NCBI GenBank assembly: GCA_013361065.1
Contig: JABWAK010000004.1
Span: 1-60,910 of the forward strand
Direction of reading: 5' to 3'
Length of the DNA: 60,910 nucleotides
Source of the DNA: Bacteroidota bacterium
GTDB lineage: Bacteria; Bacteroidota; Ignavibacteria; UBA10030; UBA8401
Positions 35,581-45,750 of this stretch are shown piece after piece (positions within the stretch are counted from its first letter, which is position 1; the number at the start of each line of letters is the position of its first letter). Below the pieces are notes generated by a model. That model made no database searches, was not told the DNA's origin, and saw nothing but the letters and a program-made list of their open reading frames with translations. Position numbers and translations under genes: made by a program.

Positions 35581-37677
35581 ATGGCATTTCTTTCCCGTCT
35601 ATCATTCCATCACCGCATCTTCGTACTGACCGGACTCGCGGCAGTGGTGTCGATGTCCGTCCTCTGGTTCGTCATCCGTCCCCGGTACGAACGCCAGGTG
35701 ACGGAAGAACGGACCACCGTGGTGCAGCAGCTGCAGCATTTCGCGGTCCGCTCCATCGATGAGCGGCTGGAACAATGGATCACCGTAGCGCAGTACCTCT
35801 CCTGGAACCTGCAGACCCGTCCTGCCGACGCCGGTGTGCTGATCCGTCAGCAGATCGCTTTCGACACGGCCATCGTACAGATCATCGTCTCCTCGCCGGA
35901 CCTGGCGGATGAGTTCTCCGCTACCAGTTCGGCGCGGCCGGGATTCACCTTCACGCCGGAGGAAGCGATGTGGATGCCGGCCGGCAACGACACCGCCGTC
36001 AGCGTCCTCTGGACCGGCCACGATGCGGTCCATCCGCATCTGTTCGGAGTGCGGCGTTCGTTCACCATCGGCACCGGCACATTCACGCTGACGATGTTCA
36101 CCGAAACGGGCGGGATGCTGCGTCAGCTGGAACAGCTCCCGGTCGGCGGGGCATTCTCCGTGCAGGTGCAGGGAGCATCCGGAACGGTCTTCAGCAATGC
36201 CGCGTTCGAACTCCCTGCGGGCGGGGACCGCGGCGCCCATGTGAATGTGATCCGCACAGTGTCGGTGCAGGGGACGGAATGGACGGTGCTGATCACCCGG
36301 TTCTTATCCATACCGATGCAGATGCTCATCGCCGTCCCTTCCGCCGTGATCCTGCAGCCGGTGCAGGCGCTGCTGCTCTACTCCAGTCTGGTCGCGGTCA
36401 GTGTGACGCTTGCCGTGTTCGTGATCGGATGGTACCTGTCACGGCAGATCACCCAACCGGTCCGGCGTCTGGTTGAGGATGTGGAACGGCTGAAGTCGCT
36501 CGACTTCACGCAGCCGGTCACCGTGCCCCAGCTGCGCGAGATCGCCGCTGTGGCAGAGACGGTCGAATCGATGCGGACGGTCCTGGAACGGTACCAGCGC
36601 ATCAACGTGGAACGGATCATCGTCGAGGAATGGAAGAACAAGTTCTTCCTCTCCCACAGCGAGGACGGCATCAGCATCACGGACGGGAATGATGCCTTCT
36701 CGTTCATGAACGACCGGTTCCGGCAGATCACCGGACTGCTCGAAACGCATGCCCCGGCCGGCACGAAGGAACAGCTGCTGGCCCACCCGATGGCGGAACG
36801 GAGCCGGGAGACCTTCCGGGAGGATATCAGCGGACCGTACATCATCCATTTCCACCAGTCGGAGCTACTCATCACCGTACCGGACCATGAAGCGCAGTAC
36901 TACCGGCTGCATGACGTGACCATCGCACGCGGCGACGAACGGCTCGGCTCGCTGATCGTGCTGCACGACCTGACGAACGAGCGGAACATCGACAAGATGA
37001 AGACCGAGATGATGAACTTCATCGTGCACGAACTGCGGAACCCGCTCAACAGCATCATGGGATTCTCCTCCTTCATCAAGGATGAGCCGGAGATGGACTT
37101 GAGGGAGCGGATGGAGTACATCACCATCATCCAGGAGAGCAGCCGCACCATGAATCAGCTGGTGAACCGCTTCCTGGATGTGCAGCGGCTCGAATCCCGC
37201 AGCGTGGAGTACCACCGCGAGCCGACCGACCTGGTCACCACCGCGAAACTGGTCTGCGATTCCCAGAAACCGCAGCTGATGGCCAAATCGATCGACCTGA
37301 CCTTCACGGCTGAGCCGGGGATACCGGTCACGACCATCTCGCCGGACCTGATGCGCGAGGCGTTCCTGAACCTGGTCTCCAACGCCATCAAATACGGCGA
37401 TGAACACCGGACGATCGAGGTCGTCATGAAGCGGGCGGGTGATACGATCCTGTTCATCATCACGGACCACGGCTACGGCATCTCGGCCGAGGACCAGGAG
37501 AAGCTCTTCTCGAAGTTCTTCCGCGTGACCTCCAACAAGAAATCAGCGATGCAGATCGGCACCGGACTCGGTCTGGCGCATGTGAAGGAAGTGATGAAGT
37601 TCCACAAGGGAGAGGTCTCCCTGGAATCGAGTGCGGAGCTCGGCTGCCGTTTCACCTTAACCATCCCGATCGTATGA
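35581..37677 (+). CDS. Membrane sensor histidine kinase (extracytoplasmic sensor domain, HAMP, PAS-like, HisKA, HATPase_c)
   Basis: TM1 IFVLTGLAAVVSMSVLWFVI, a ~230-aa periplasmic region, TM2 LLLYSSLVAVSVTLAVFVIGWYL, HAMP ITQPVRRLVEDVERL, H-box FIVHELRNPLNSI, and G-boxes DHGYGI and GTGLGL. Confidence 0.87.
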   Translation: MAFLSRLSFHHRIFVLTGLAAVVSMSVLWFVIRPRYERQVTEERTTVVQQLQHFAVRSIDERLEQWITVAQYLSWNLQTRPADAGVLIRQQIAFDTAIVQIIVSSPDLADEFSATSSARPGFTFTPEEAMWMPAGNDTAVSVLWTGHDAVHPHLFGVRRSFTIGTGTFTLTMFTETGGMLRQLEQLPVGGAFSVQVQGASGTVFSNAAFELPAGGDRGAHVNVIRTVSVQGTEWTVLITRFLSIPMQMLIAVPSAVILQPVQALLLYSSLVAVSVTLAVFVIGWYLSRQITQPVRRLVEDVERLKSLDFTQPVTVPQLREIAAVAETVESMRTVLERYQRINVERIIVEEWKNKFFLSHSEDGISITDGNDAFSFMNDRFRQITGLLETHAPAGTKEQLLAHPMAERSRETFREDISGPYIIHFHQSELLITVPDHEAQYYRLHDVTIARGDERLGSLIVLHDLTNERNIDKMKTEMMNFIVHELRNPLNSIMGFSSFIKDEPEMDLRERMEYITIIQESSRTMNQLVNRFLDVQRLESRSVEYHREPTDLVTTAKLVCDSQKPQLMAKSIDLTFTAEPGIPVTTISPDLMREAFLNLVSNAIKYGDEHRTIEVVMKRAGDTILFIITDHGYGISAEDQEKLFSKFFRVTSNKKSAMQIGTGLGLAHVKEVMKFHKGEVSLESSAELGCRFTLTIPIV

Positions 37678-39425
37678 CCAGAGTGATCATCCTATTGTTC
37701 CTCTTCGCCGTGACGTTCACCGCGGCGCAGACCACGTTCACCTCCGGCGAGCTGAATGCCAGGAGCATCGCTCTGACCGGCGACGCCGCTGCTTGGCCGG
37801 TACTGCTCTCCGTTGCGGAACGGGATGAAGCATCCAATTCCTTCTCCCTCTCCAAAGAGGCGCTGGAACAGATCAGGAAGTTCTCCCAGCTCCACGGCAA
37901 AGTGCGCGACGGACGCACGGTCTTCGCAAAACTGTTGAAGGCGGGTGCGCGGGTCTTTGCTGCCGAGGAACTGAAACGCGCCACCGAACTGAGTGCGGAG
38001 TACGACCGGCAGGTCCAGTCCGGGAACATCGCCGAACTGACCCGCACCGGCGGACTCTACCTGCAGTCGCTCGAATCGATCCGCAAAGAGATCGAACAGA
38101 AACGGAACGAGGAGATCGATGCCCTCGTGGCCGAACGGAACGGCGATGTGAACAGGCGGAAGGGATTCCTCGGTCAGTGGACCGCCGCGAAGAAAGGTGA
38201 TCAGCTGGCACAGGCGGACGGTCTGCGAACCGGCGAGGCGAGCTCCGCGCAGCTGGCGTTCACCGACGGCGTGGAAGTGATGGTCGATCCGAACTCCACG
38301 GTGGTGATCCGCGAATCGAAGATGGACAAGCTGGACCAGAGTGTCCGCCGCGACATCGCTCTGGTGAAGGGAAGCCTGCTGACGAAACTGACCGAGAGCG
38401 CGAAGGAACGGAACAACTTCACCTTCCAGGCCGGCACCGCCGAATCGCAGGTCCGCTCCGGGAAATTCTGGGCGAGCGCAGTGGAGGAACGGCGCGTGAA
38501 GCTTTCGAACTATGACGGAACGATGGACGTGCGCGCGAACAAAGGAAAGGTGCAGCTGAAGATGAATGAAGGGACCATCGTAGAGAAAGGACGCGACCCG
38601 CTCCCTCCCGTCCCCCTTCTTGCACCGCCGCAGCTCGTCTGGAACGGCATCGACTCGGTGATCTATGCCGATAATTTCAATCTGCGCTGGACCGGCGTTC
38701 CGAACAGCACCGGCTATAAAGTGGAACTGTGCCGCTCCAAGGAATTCAACACCGGTGTGAAGGTCTATTCACCGGCACAGACCACTCTCCGGCTGGACAA
38801 TGTGGAGCTGGGACTGGTCCACATCCGCCTTACAGCAGTGGATAAGTTCGGACTGCGCGGAATGGAAAGTCCCGTCTATAAACTGATGCGCGTGGAGGAC
38901 AAACTTCCCCCCGCCATCCATGTGGACGGCTGGGAGACCGACCGGCGGTACACCGCCCTGCCGCGCCTGACCATTGCCGGCAGCACCGAAGCGGATGCTT
39001 CGTTCCAGGTGAGCGGGAAAGCGGCCGCACTCGATGCCAACGGTGCGTTCTCGTTCGTCGTCCCGGTGGAACGTGCGGAGAAGCAGCTGACGCTCCGCGC
39101 TACGGACCGGTCGGGCAACAGCCGTGAGCGGCTCCTTTCCATCGTCCCGGTCGATACGAACCGCGTACGGAAGGTCGATTGGAACTGTCCGACGGACGGC
39201 ACCATCCTCCGCCCCGCCACCGCCGAGATCGCGGCGAACGGAACGGCCTATCCCTCCATGCGTGTGACCGTCACACACGGTGAGACCCGGACCGCCGTGC
39301 AGACCGATTCCCAGGGCAACTGGGCGGTCTCGCTGCCGCACCGGAAAGGGGTCCAATTGACGCTGGTTTTTGAATCAATTAGTGACAATATTGTCGTCGC
39401 CACTTCAACGTATCGGGTAGAATAA
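37674..39425 (+). CDS. Secreted FecR-domain protein with C-terminal Fn3/Ig-like domains
   Basis: Signal peptide MTRVIILLFLFAVTFTAAQ and a coiled-coil region. The FecR-like block is AQLAFTDGVEVMVDPNSTVVI...ALVKGSLL...FTFQAGTAESQVRSGKFWAS...GTMDVRANKGKVQLKMNEG. An Fn3-like block (NLRWTGVPNSTGYKVELCRS) follows. The start overlaps the kinase stop (ATGA at 37674-37677). Confidence 0.65.
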   Translation: MTRVIILLFLFAVTFTAAQTTFTSGELNARSIALTGDAAAWPVLLSVAERDEASNSFSLSKEALEQIRKFSQLHGKVRDGRTVFAKLLKAGARVFAAEELKRATELSAEYDRQVQSGNIAELTRTGGLYLQSLESIRKEIEQKRNEEIDALVAERNGDVNRRKGFLGQWTAAKKGDQLAQADGLRTGEASSAQLAFTDGVEVMVDPNSTVVIRESKMDKLDQSVRRDIALVKGSLLTKLTESAKERNNFTFQAGTAESQVRSGKFWASAVEERRVKLSNYDGTMDVRANKGKVQLKMNEGTIVEKGRDPLPPVPLLAPPQLVWNGIDSVIYADNFNLRWTGVPNSTGYKVELCRSKEFNTGVKVYSPAQTTLRLDNVELGLVHIRLTAVDKFGLRGMESPVYKLMRVEDKLPPAIHVDGWETDRRYTALPRLTIAGSTEADASFQVSGKAAALDANGAFSFVVPVERAEKQLTLRATDRSGNSRERLLSIVPVDTNRVRKVDWNCPTDGTILRPATAEIAANGTAYPSMRVTVTHGETRTAVQTDSQGNWAVSLPHRKGVQLTLVFESISDNIVVATSTYRVE

Positions 39426-42400
39426 ATGCTGTCGGCTTCACGGAACGGACATAGTTCACCGCACCTTCGCACGCTGCTGCTGGCGCTGGTCATCGCCGCG
39501 TCGCCGCTCCTTTCCCAGGAAGTGTTCCTGTCGGTGTCCGGGAACCAGGCGCTCATCAAAGAGACCGGAGACAACACGCATCAGTACGATTTCTGGATCA
39601 AACCGGAATCCGGTGCCGCTTCGGCCGCACTGCACATCTTCGATGCCGGACTCGGCGGCGTGGCGGATATCATCGCCGGACCGCTCGATACCCGCACGAC
39701 CTTCGAACTGATCCCGTTCGATGCGCTCTATACCTATGCCAACGGACGGCTGACCGTCACGGCGCGCACGGCGCGTCCGTCCGTGAAACTCACCACGCTG
39801 GACGAACAGCAGTACTTCAACCGCTGGAAGCGGTTCTCCATGCTGGAGACCGGTTCGAAGAACGGATGGATCCTGCGTGTCCGTGCGGCGGACGGCAATG
39901 ACGTGAATAGTTTCCAACTGCAGGTGGGTGATTCCGTCTCGGTCACCGCACAGCGCAACGACTGGTCCATTATCGCCATCGATCTTTCCATCTGCCTCTA
40001 CCGTGTCGCACCGACCGCTGAGATGCAATTGCGTCCATACATGCCGGCGGAAGGTGCACTCGTCGGTCTTACCTCTGCCGGCGAGGAACAGGTGATGGTC
40101 GGCATCCGTGATGAATTCGGCAATGCCTCCAAACTCCCTGTCCCGAAAGGATTCTTCGTTGACCCGCTTGCCAACGGTATGCGGAACAGCTGGGGTCTGA
40201 CCGTCTCCGGTTCGCCGCTGAAAGTGAACAATCTGGTGATCAAGGGAGCGCCGTTCCCGGTGCTGTGGGACCTGAAGCCGACGATCGTCCGCCAGCCGCA
40301 GAAGCCGCTCGCAGAAGTGATCCAGTCCGCCGGAAGCGACTGCAACAATGTTCTGTTCACCCTCACCGAAGCGTCCCGCAAGAACCTCTCCGGCATCGCA
40401 CCGAAGTGGAGCTTCGGCCGCACGGTCACGGAAAAGGATTCCGCCGAGATCGGTTTCGGCAAACCGGGGAAATATTCCGTTTCCCTCTTCCTGCCGACCC
40501 GCGGCGTCTACTTCCCCAAATTCTGGCAGCAGGATGTTCCGGTCACGGTGAACGCCGCGCCGAACGCGGTGATCACGGCGGATAAGCTCATCGCCGCACC
40601 GGGCGAGATCGTGACCCTCTCCGCCGCGAACTCCGCCGATCCGGAGAATGCGCCGCTGCGGTATCAGTGGTTCGTGAACGGCGAGTTCCGCAGCGATGAG
40701 AAGGTGCTGACACTCTCCAGTCTGCTCCCCACCACGTACGATGTGATGCTCACCGTGAACGACGGCGCACCGAACTCCGGCTGCACCGAATCGTCCGCAC
40801 GGAAGAAGGTACGCATCAACGCCCAGCCGTACGTGGATGTGAACTTCCGTCCGATCTTCGGCCGGTCCACCGTCGTGCCGTTCGTGGTGGAGAACGATGC
40901 GGACAACGATAATGATGAGCTCGAGTTCCTGTGGAACGGTCCCGGCATCGTCGGCACCACCAAGGGTGACGCCGTTAAGATCAAACATGACAAGGCGGGA
41001 ACGTACTCGCTCTCGCTGACCGCCAACGACCGGACAAACACGTCGAACTCCACCTTCACGCAGACCATCAAGTACCGCGTGAATGCGGAACCGCTCCCCT
41101 CCTTCACGTTGCCGAAGCAGGCGGCGCCGGGCGATACCCTGCTGCTCTCCGCATCGGTCTTCGATGAGGACAATCCCGCTGTTGCGTTCACCTGGTCCTC
41201 CACCGCCGGACACTCCTTCACCGGCGAGAAAGCGGACCTGGCCTTCGCGCAGCCGGGCGATTACCGTGTGACCCTCACGGCGGACGACGGTGAGAACGTG
41301 GAGAATTCCGTTCAATCCATCAGCCGTGACATCCACATCAATGCACCTCCGGTTCCTGTCATCACCGCGGATTCCCGCTCCACCTCGGCGCGGCAGCGGA
41401 TCTCCGCCGAACGGACGACCGATGCGGACCAGAAGGAACTGGTCCATTCCTGGGATTTCGGCGACGGCACTTCCGCTGTCGGCCGCACCGTCATCCACGA
41501 ATACCAGCAGAGCGGCCGCTATCTGATCACCCTGACGGTGGACGACCGTCAGCGGCAGACGAACAGCGTCCAGCGCACCACGCATGAACTGGTGATCAAC
41601 CGGTATCCCGTGGCGCAGTTCACCCTTCCGACGAAATGGGAACCGGGGAAACCGCTCATGGTGGACGGCACGCGCAGCAGCGATCCGGACGGTTCGGTCG
41701 CTGAATATACCTGGTACATCAACGGCACCGAAGCAGCGAAAGGACCGAACCCCTCCCTGGTCTTCGACACGCCGGGCGATCATGCCGTGGCACTGAAGGT
41801 GAAGGACAATTCCGGATTCGTTGATGCGGTCGGGATGAAGACCCTGTCGATCCACATCAACTATCCTCCGGTGGTCCGCTGGAAGATGGTCCCGGAAGTG
41901 GCCGAACCGAATGTGCCGGTCACCTTCGACGCGACCGCCTCCACGGACAAGGAGACGAAGAATCTCACCGCTGCACGCTGGACCTTCTCGGACGGTTCGA
42001 CGGCCGAAGGACTGAAAGTGACCAGAACATTCTCCCGTTCCGGGATGATCACCGCCTCGGTCACGGTGGATGACGGCGGCGGATACGCCAACTCCGCACA
42101 GACGCTCCAGAAGAATGTGCTCGTCAACGCTCCTCCCATCATCGTCACCAAAACGCTCATCCGCACCAACTCGCGCCGCGTGCTGCTCGATGCGAGCCAG
42201 AGCTATGATATCGACAAGCATGCCGTCGGCTTCGAATGGCTGCTGCCGGACCGGACGCGTGTGAACAAAGCGGCCTTCACATGGGATGCTCCCTCCGGCG
42301 GAGTGCACTTCATCACCGTCACCGCGAACGACGGACAGGGTCGCAAGAACAGCATCACCCGCGAGACGGTGAAGATCCTCGTCAACCGTCCGCCGGTCGC

Positions 42401-44177
42401 CGTGGTAGACACGCTCATCTACTCCTGCACGGGACAGACGATCCTCTTCAACGGTTCTCTCTCGTACGATCCGGACGGCGATGCGGTCACGACCACGTGG
42501 GATTTCGGCGACGGGACGACCACCACCGAAACGAACCCTGCACACACGTACCGTTCGCCCGGCTATTACACGGTGAAGCTGCTGCTGGATGACGGGTTCG
42601 CCGAACAGCCGACCACCGCCACCATCCCGGTCATCGTGGAAGGTTCGCCGGTCGCCTATCAGACCTTCGCCGATACCACTATCTGCGTGAATGTGCCGCT
42701 CGATTTCGACGGTACACGGAGCATCGATCCGAACGGACCGATCGGTTCGTACACCTGGGACTTCGGCGACGGTATTGCTTCGCTCGGCGCATCCGTCTCC
42801 CATGCTTATACGAAACCGGGCATCTACTATGCCACCCTGACCGTGGTCGGCAGCGGCAGCGGACGCTGCACGAAGGTCAGCCAGGTCACCTCCACCGTGC
42901 GGGTGATCGAAGGACCGACTGCGAACTTCGCCATGCCCGAACGGGTGAGCATCGGCGAGCTGGTCAGTTTCGATCCGGCGCTCTCCAAACCGAACGGACG
43001 CATCCTTTCCGTGCGCTGGAAGATCGGCACGGATACCGTCATCACCTATCCGGCATTGACGCAGGCACAGTACCGCTTCCGCCGCTCCGGCACCTATGAC
43101 ATCGAACTGACGATCAGCATCCAGTCCACCTCCACCTGCAACAGCGCAACGCTGACCAGGAAGATCATCGTCAACGAACCGCCCGCGATCGTCTGGAACG
43201 TTCCGGCCGATGCAGCGCTCGGCGACCCGCTGGTGCTCGATGCATCGCGCTCTTCTGACCAGGACGGGATCATCGCGCAGTACGACTGGAGGATCGACGG
43301 CCGCAGTGTCGGCTCCACGCCGATCGTAACGGCGGCGAACCTTGCGGCCGGAACGCATACGGTGGCGCTCACGGTGACCGACAATTCCGGCACGTCCACC
43401 CGGTCCGTCAGCAAGCAGGCAACGGTGCGGATCAACTCCAAACCGAATCCGACCTTCTCTCTTGCGGAGCCGCTCTATCAGAATGAACTGGTCATGCTCC
43501 GTCCCGAAATGACGAAGGATGCCGACGGCGACGCCCTCACCTTCCGCTGGAAGGTGAACGATCTCCCGGTGACGGCCGATTCGATCCGGCTCGCCGCGGG
43601 ACGCACCATCATCACCCTGACGGCGGATGACGGACGGAACGTGCGGAACTCGAAGGATTCGGTGCAGAAGGAATATTTCGTCATCGCGGCCCCGGCGCTC
43701 GATATCGACCTGCCGTCCGACTGGATCGTCGGCACCGAACTGAATGCCCAGCAGTTGTACGGCAACGGCACGGTGAACTTCGGGCTGAATGTGAAGGTCT
43801 CGCCGACCTGGACGCCGCTCACGGCCGGACCGCAGTCCGCCACGGTCGTCTGGACACCGAAAGGACAGCCGCTGGCACGGCATCAATGGCAGCTGACCGT
43901 GTGGGATTCGCTCGATTTCACGGAGCGTCCTGCACCGCAGACCATTATCTGGAATCCCTCCAACCCGAGTATCATCCTCACCGCACCGGGAGTGAACAGG
44001 CCGAAGGAAGCGAATGTGCTCTATGAATGGAGGAAAGGGAATCAGGTGTTCGGTGTCGGCAAGGTTGCGGAGGGACGGCTGGTGCGCGGTAGGAATGTGT
44101 TCACGGTAAGGGCGATGGACCAGGAAATGCAGGGAGCACATCCCCGCGACATCGAGATCGTCGTGATCTGCGAGTAA
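39426..44177 (+). CDS. Giant secreted PKD-repeat protein (1583 aa)
   Basis: Signal peptide LRTLLLALVIAASPLLSQE and a ~300-aa N-terminal domain that I cannot place in any family. At least 12 ~90-aa PKD/Ig-like repeats follow, three with canonical WDFGDG (HSWDFGDGTSA, TTWDFGDGTTT, YTWDFGDGIAS) and recurrent ...LTVxD endings. The ATG directly abuts the upstream TAA (39423-39428). Confidence 0.87.
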   Translation: MLSASRNGHSSPHLRTLLLALVIAASPLLSQEVFLSVSGNQALIKETGDNTHQYDFWIKPESGAASAALHIFDAGLGGVADIIAGPLDTRTTFELIPFDALYTYANGRLTVTARTARPSVKLTTLDEQQYFNRWKRFSMLETGSKNGWILRVRAADGNDVNSFQLQVGDSVSVTAQRNDWSIIAIDLSICLYRVAPTAEMQLRPYMPAEGALVGLTSAGEEQVMVGIRDEFGNASKLPVPKGFFVDPLANGMRNSWGLTVSGSPLKVNNLVIKGAPFPVLWDLKPTIVRQPQKPLAEVIQSAGSDCNNVLFTLTEASRKNLSGIAPKWSFGRTVTEKDSAEIGFGKPGKYSVSLFLPTRGVYFPKFWQQDVPVTVNAAPNAVITADKLIAAPGEIVTLSAANSADPENAPLRYQWFVNGEFRSDEKVLTLSSLLPTTYDVMLTVNDGAPNSGCTESSARKKVRINAQPYVDVNFRPIFGRSTVVPFVVENDADNDNDELEFLWNGPGIVGTTKGDAVKIKHDKAGTYSLSLTANDRTNTSNSTFTQTIKYRVNAEPLPSFTLPKQAAPGDTLLLSASVFDEDNPAVAFTWSSTAGHSFTGEKADLAFAQPGDYRVTLTADDGENVENSVQSISRDIHINAPPVPVITADSRSTSARQRISAERTTDADQKELVHSWDFGDGTSAVGRTVIHEYQQSGRYLITLTVDDRQRQTNSVQRTTHELVINRYPVAQFTLPTKWEPGKPLMVDGTRSSDPDGSVAEYTWYINGTEAAKGPNPSLVFDTPGDHAVALKVKDNSGFVDAVGMKTLSIHINYPPVVRWKMVPEVAEPNVPVTFDATASTDKETKNLTAARWTFSDGSTAEGLKVTRTFSRSGMITASVTVDDGGGYANSAQTLQKNVLVNAPPIIVTKTLIRTNSRRVLLDASQSYDIDKHAVGFEWLLPDRTRVNKAAFTWDAPSGGVHFITVTANDGQGRKNSITRETVKILVNRPPVAVVDTLIYSCTGQTILFNGSLSYDPDGDAVTTTWDFGDGTTTTETNPAHTYRSPGYYTVKLLLDDGFAEQPTTATIPVIVEGSPVAYQTFADTTICVNVPLDFDGTRSIDPNGPIGSYTWDFGDGIASLGASVSHAYTKPGIYYATLTVVGSGSGRCTKVSQVTSTVRVIEGPTANFAMPERVSIGELVSFDPALSKPNGRILSVRWKIGTDTVITYPALTQAQYRFRRSGTYDIELTISIQSTSTCNSATLTRKIIVNEPPAIVWNVPADAALGDPLVLDASRSSDQDGIIAQYDWRIDGRSVGSTPIVTAANLAAGTHTVALTVTDNSGTSTRSVSKQATVRINSKPNPTFSLAEPLYQNELVMLRPEMTKDADGDALTFRWKVNDLPVTADSIRLAAGRTIITLTADDGRNVRNSKDSVQKEYFVIAAPALDIDLPSDWIVGTELNAQQLYGNGTVNFGLNVKVSPTWTPLTAGPQSATVVWTPKGQPLARHQWQLTVWDSLDFTERPAPQTIIWNPSNPSIILTAPGVNRPKEANVLYEWRKGNQVFGVGKVAEGRLVRGRNVFTVRAMDQEMQGAHPRDIEIVVICE

Positions 44178-44204
44178 GCATCGGAAATGTAGGAAGTATC
44201 CGGA

Positions 44205-44230
44205 CCCGAAGCATTTGCTTCGGGTTTTTT
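44205..44230 (+). terminator. Rho-independent terminator after the PKD gene
   Basis: CCCGAAGCA-tt-TGCTTCGGG followed by TTTTTT. Confidence 0.75.
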
Positions 44231-44516
44231 ATTGCATCGCACTCCCGGTCACGACGTTCCATTCCCTGATCTCCCACCGCAGCACCAGTCCGTGCAGGTA
44301 GTACGGGTCCCGGTGCACAAACCGCTCGATCACTGACCGGTCCGCGGTGCGGAAGATGAGCAGCGCCATATCATTCGGTTCGGTCAGCGCGCCGCCGAGC
44401 ACCAGTTCGCCCCGGTCCGCCAGTTCGCCGGCCAGACGGAGATGTTCGGCACGGAACTGCGTCCGGCGCACAATATAATCCTCCGCAACATGATAGATGA
44501 GTGCGAAGTACTTCAT
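44229..44516 (-). CDS. YciI-like protein
   Basis: 95 aa. MKYFALIYHVAEDY...R..HL......GELVLGGAL fits the YCII fold family. Confidence 0.78.
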   Translation of the reverse strand: MKYFALIYHVAEDYIVRRTQFRAEHLRLAGELADRGELVLGGALTEPNDMALLIFRTADRSVIERFVHRDPYYLHGLVLRWEIREWNVVTGSAMQ

Positions 44517-44719
44517 CGTGCACTCCGTTTTCGGAGTTCGGAGGTCAGTTGTCCCGCATAGCCCCAGTTCTCCGTCTCCACCTCATCGATGACGATATGG
44601 ATATGCTCCGGCCGTTTCCCGAGCACACGCTGCAGCGTATCGGTGATCTCTTTGACGACCTGCGCTTTCTGTTCGACGGTCACACCGTCCCTGGTGATCT
44701 TCACATTAACGTATGGCAT
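44513..44719 (-). CDS. 4-oxalocrotonate tautomerase family enzyme
   Basis: Start at 44719 gives MPYVNVKITRDGVTVEQKAQVVKEITDTL (catalytic Pro1). There is a 4-nt overlap with the YciI gene. Confidence 0.8.
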   Translation of the reverse strand: MPYVNVKITRDGVTVEQKAQVVKEITDTLQRVLGKRPEHIHIVIDEVETENWGYAGQLTSELRKRSAR

Positions 44720-44851
44720 GGCGGCTCCTGCTGGAACGTTTGGAAGGGATTTTCGGTTCTTGTGGTATGCGCAGCCGTTCATCGCTGCACGGTTCAATGA
44801 ATCTCGTCATTGTCCGTTCAAAAAACAACTCATCATCATTCGGGGGTCCAG

Positions 44852-45169
44852 ATGCTGCTCACCACCACCAATTCTGTTGAAGGGAAAAAAGCGGTCAAAT
44901 ATTACGGTCTTGTCAGCGGCGAGGCGATCCTCGGCGCCAACATCTTCAAGGATCTGTTCGCAGGCATCCGCGATATCGTCGGCGGACGGTCGGCGGCATA
45001 TGAGGAGGAATTGCGGCGGGCGAAGGATATCGCGCTGGATGAAATGCGCCAGCAGGCACGCGCCATGGGGGCGAATGCCATCATCGGCATCGATCTGGAT
45101 TATGAGACGGTCGGGAACGGTTCCATGCTTATGGTCAGCGCAAGCGGTACGGCGGTGACGCTGGAGTAA
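44852..45169 (+). CDS. YbjQ/UPF0145 family protein
   Basis: [47 protein letters not shown]...[10 protein letters not shown]. Confidence 0.82.
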   Translation: MLLTTTNSVEGKKAVKYYGLVSGEAILGANIFKDLFAGIRDIVGGRSAAYEEELRRAKDIALDEMRQQARAMGANAIIGIDLDYETVGNGSMLMVSASGTAVTLE

Positions 45170-45202
45170 CGGCGTTTCACTTCCCGACATCTTGCTTTCA
45201 AC

Positions 45203-45231
45203 AAAAGAGGCCCCGACGGGGCCTCTTTTGT
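45203..45231 (+). terminator. Rho-independent terminator after the ybjQ-like gene
   Basis: AAAAGAGGCCCC-gac-GGGGCCTCTTTTGT. Confidence 0.75.
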
Positions 45232-45257
45232 TGGCACGGTATTCTTTCTTGCTGTTC

Positions 45258-45278
45258 GCTCCGTAGGGGCGGCATAAT
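45258..45278 (+). repeat. REP unit on the 3' flank of the RAYT gene
   Basis: cgctCCGTAGGGGCGGCATAA has the same 17-nt core as 46092-46108. Confidence 0.7.
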
Positions 45279-45288
45279 GAAATACGTT

Positions 45289-45750
45289 CTATGCAAAGAC
45301 ATCAAACACATATTTTTCATCGTAGATCACACCATATGTTTCCAGTAAATTAAGATACTCCTCCTTAAATGTCACATATCCATGATGCTCCTCCTGCTTC
45401 GCAATGTACCGTTTTACATTCTCACAATGAGCCGGACTGCATGAAAATGCCCCGAACCCTTCCTGCCATTGGAACTTTCCTCGGATCCATCCCTTTTCAT
45501 TCACAAATGATGACGAATTGCTTTTGATATCCCGTACAAGGTCGGATAGTGCCAACGAAGGTTTCAACGCGACCAGAATGTGGATATGATCGGGAACACT
45601 GTTCACTGCCAGCAGTAAGTGTCCTGTGTTCTTGATGATGCCGGTGATGTATCGATGCAATTCTTCTTTATGGGATCTTGGTATTATCGCTTGTCGGCCT
45701 TTGACAGTAAAGACGATGTGAATGAATAGTTGAGTGTACGTATTTGGCAT
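45289..45750 (-). CDS. REP-associated tyrosine transposase (RAYT; Y1/HUH, IS200-like TnpA)
   Basis: Start at 45750, directly preceded by GGAGGGAGT. MPNTYTQLFIHIVFTVKGR..., HUH motif PDHIHILV, WQEGFGAFS, and catalytic Tyr region VKRYIAKQEEHH. It is a single gene with no tnpB. Confidence 0.82.
   Translation of the reverse strand: MPNTYTQLFIHIVFTVKGRQAIIPRSHKEELHRYITGIIKNTGHLLLAVNSVPDHIHILVALKPSLALSDLVRDIKSNSSSFVNEKGWIRGKFQWQEGFGAFSCSPAHCENVKRYIAKQEEHHGYVTFKEEYLNLLETYGVIYDEKYVFDVFA

Noticed and set aside
39456-44141. A 1561-aa ORF antisense to the entire PKD gene. Similar full-length antisense ORFs occur at 1786-3096 (fabF), 6118-7185 (fabH), 24753-26489 (ptsI), 59309-60385 and elsewhere.
   Set aside because: In every case checked (PKD gene, fabF, ptsI) the antisense frame is codon-aligned with the real gene. 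An antisense stop therefore requires a sense TTA, CTA or TCA codon, and these are almost absent in this GC-biased codon usage. The products are Arg/Gly/Asp/His-rich low-complexity sequences with no motifs. The sense strands carry unambiguous domains (WDFGDG PKD repeats, KAS II, EI). This is a codon-usage artefact, not overlapping genes.
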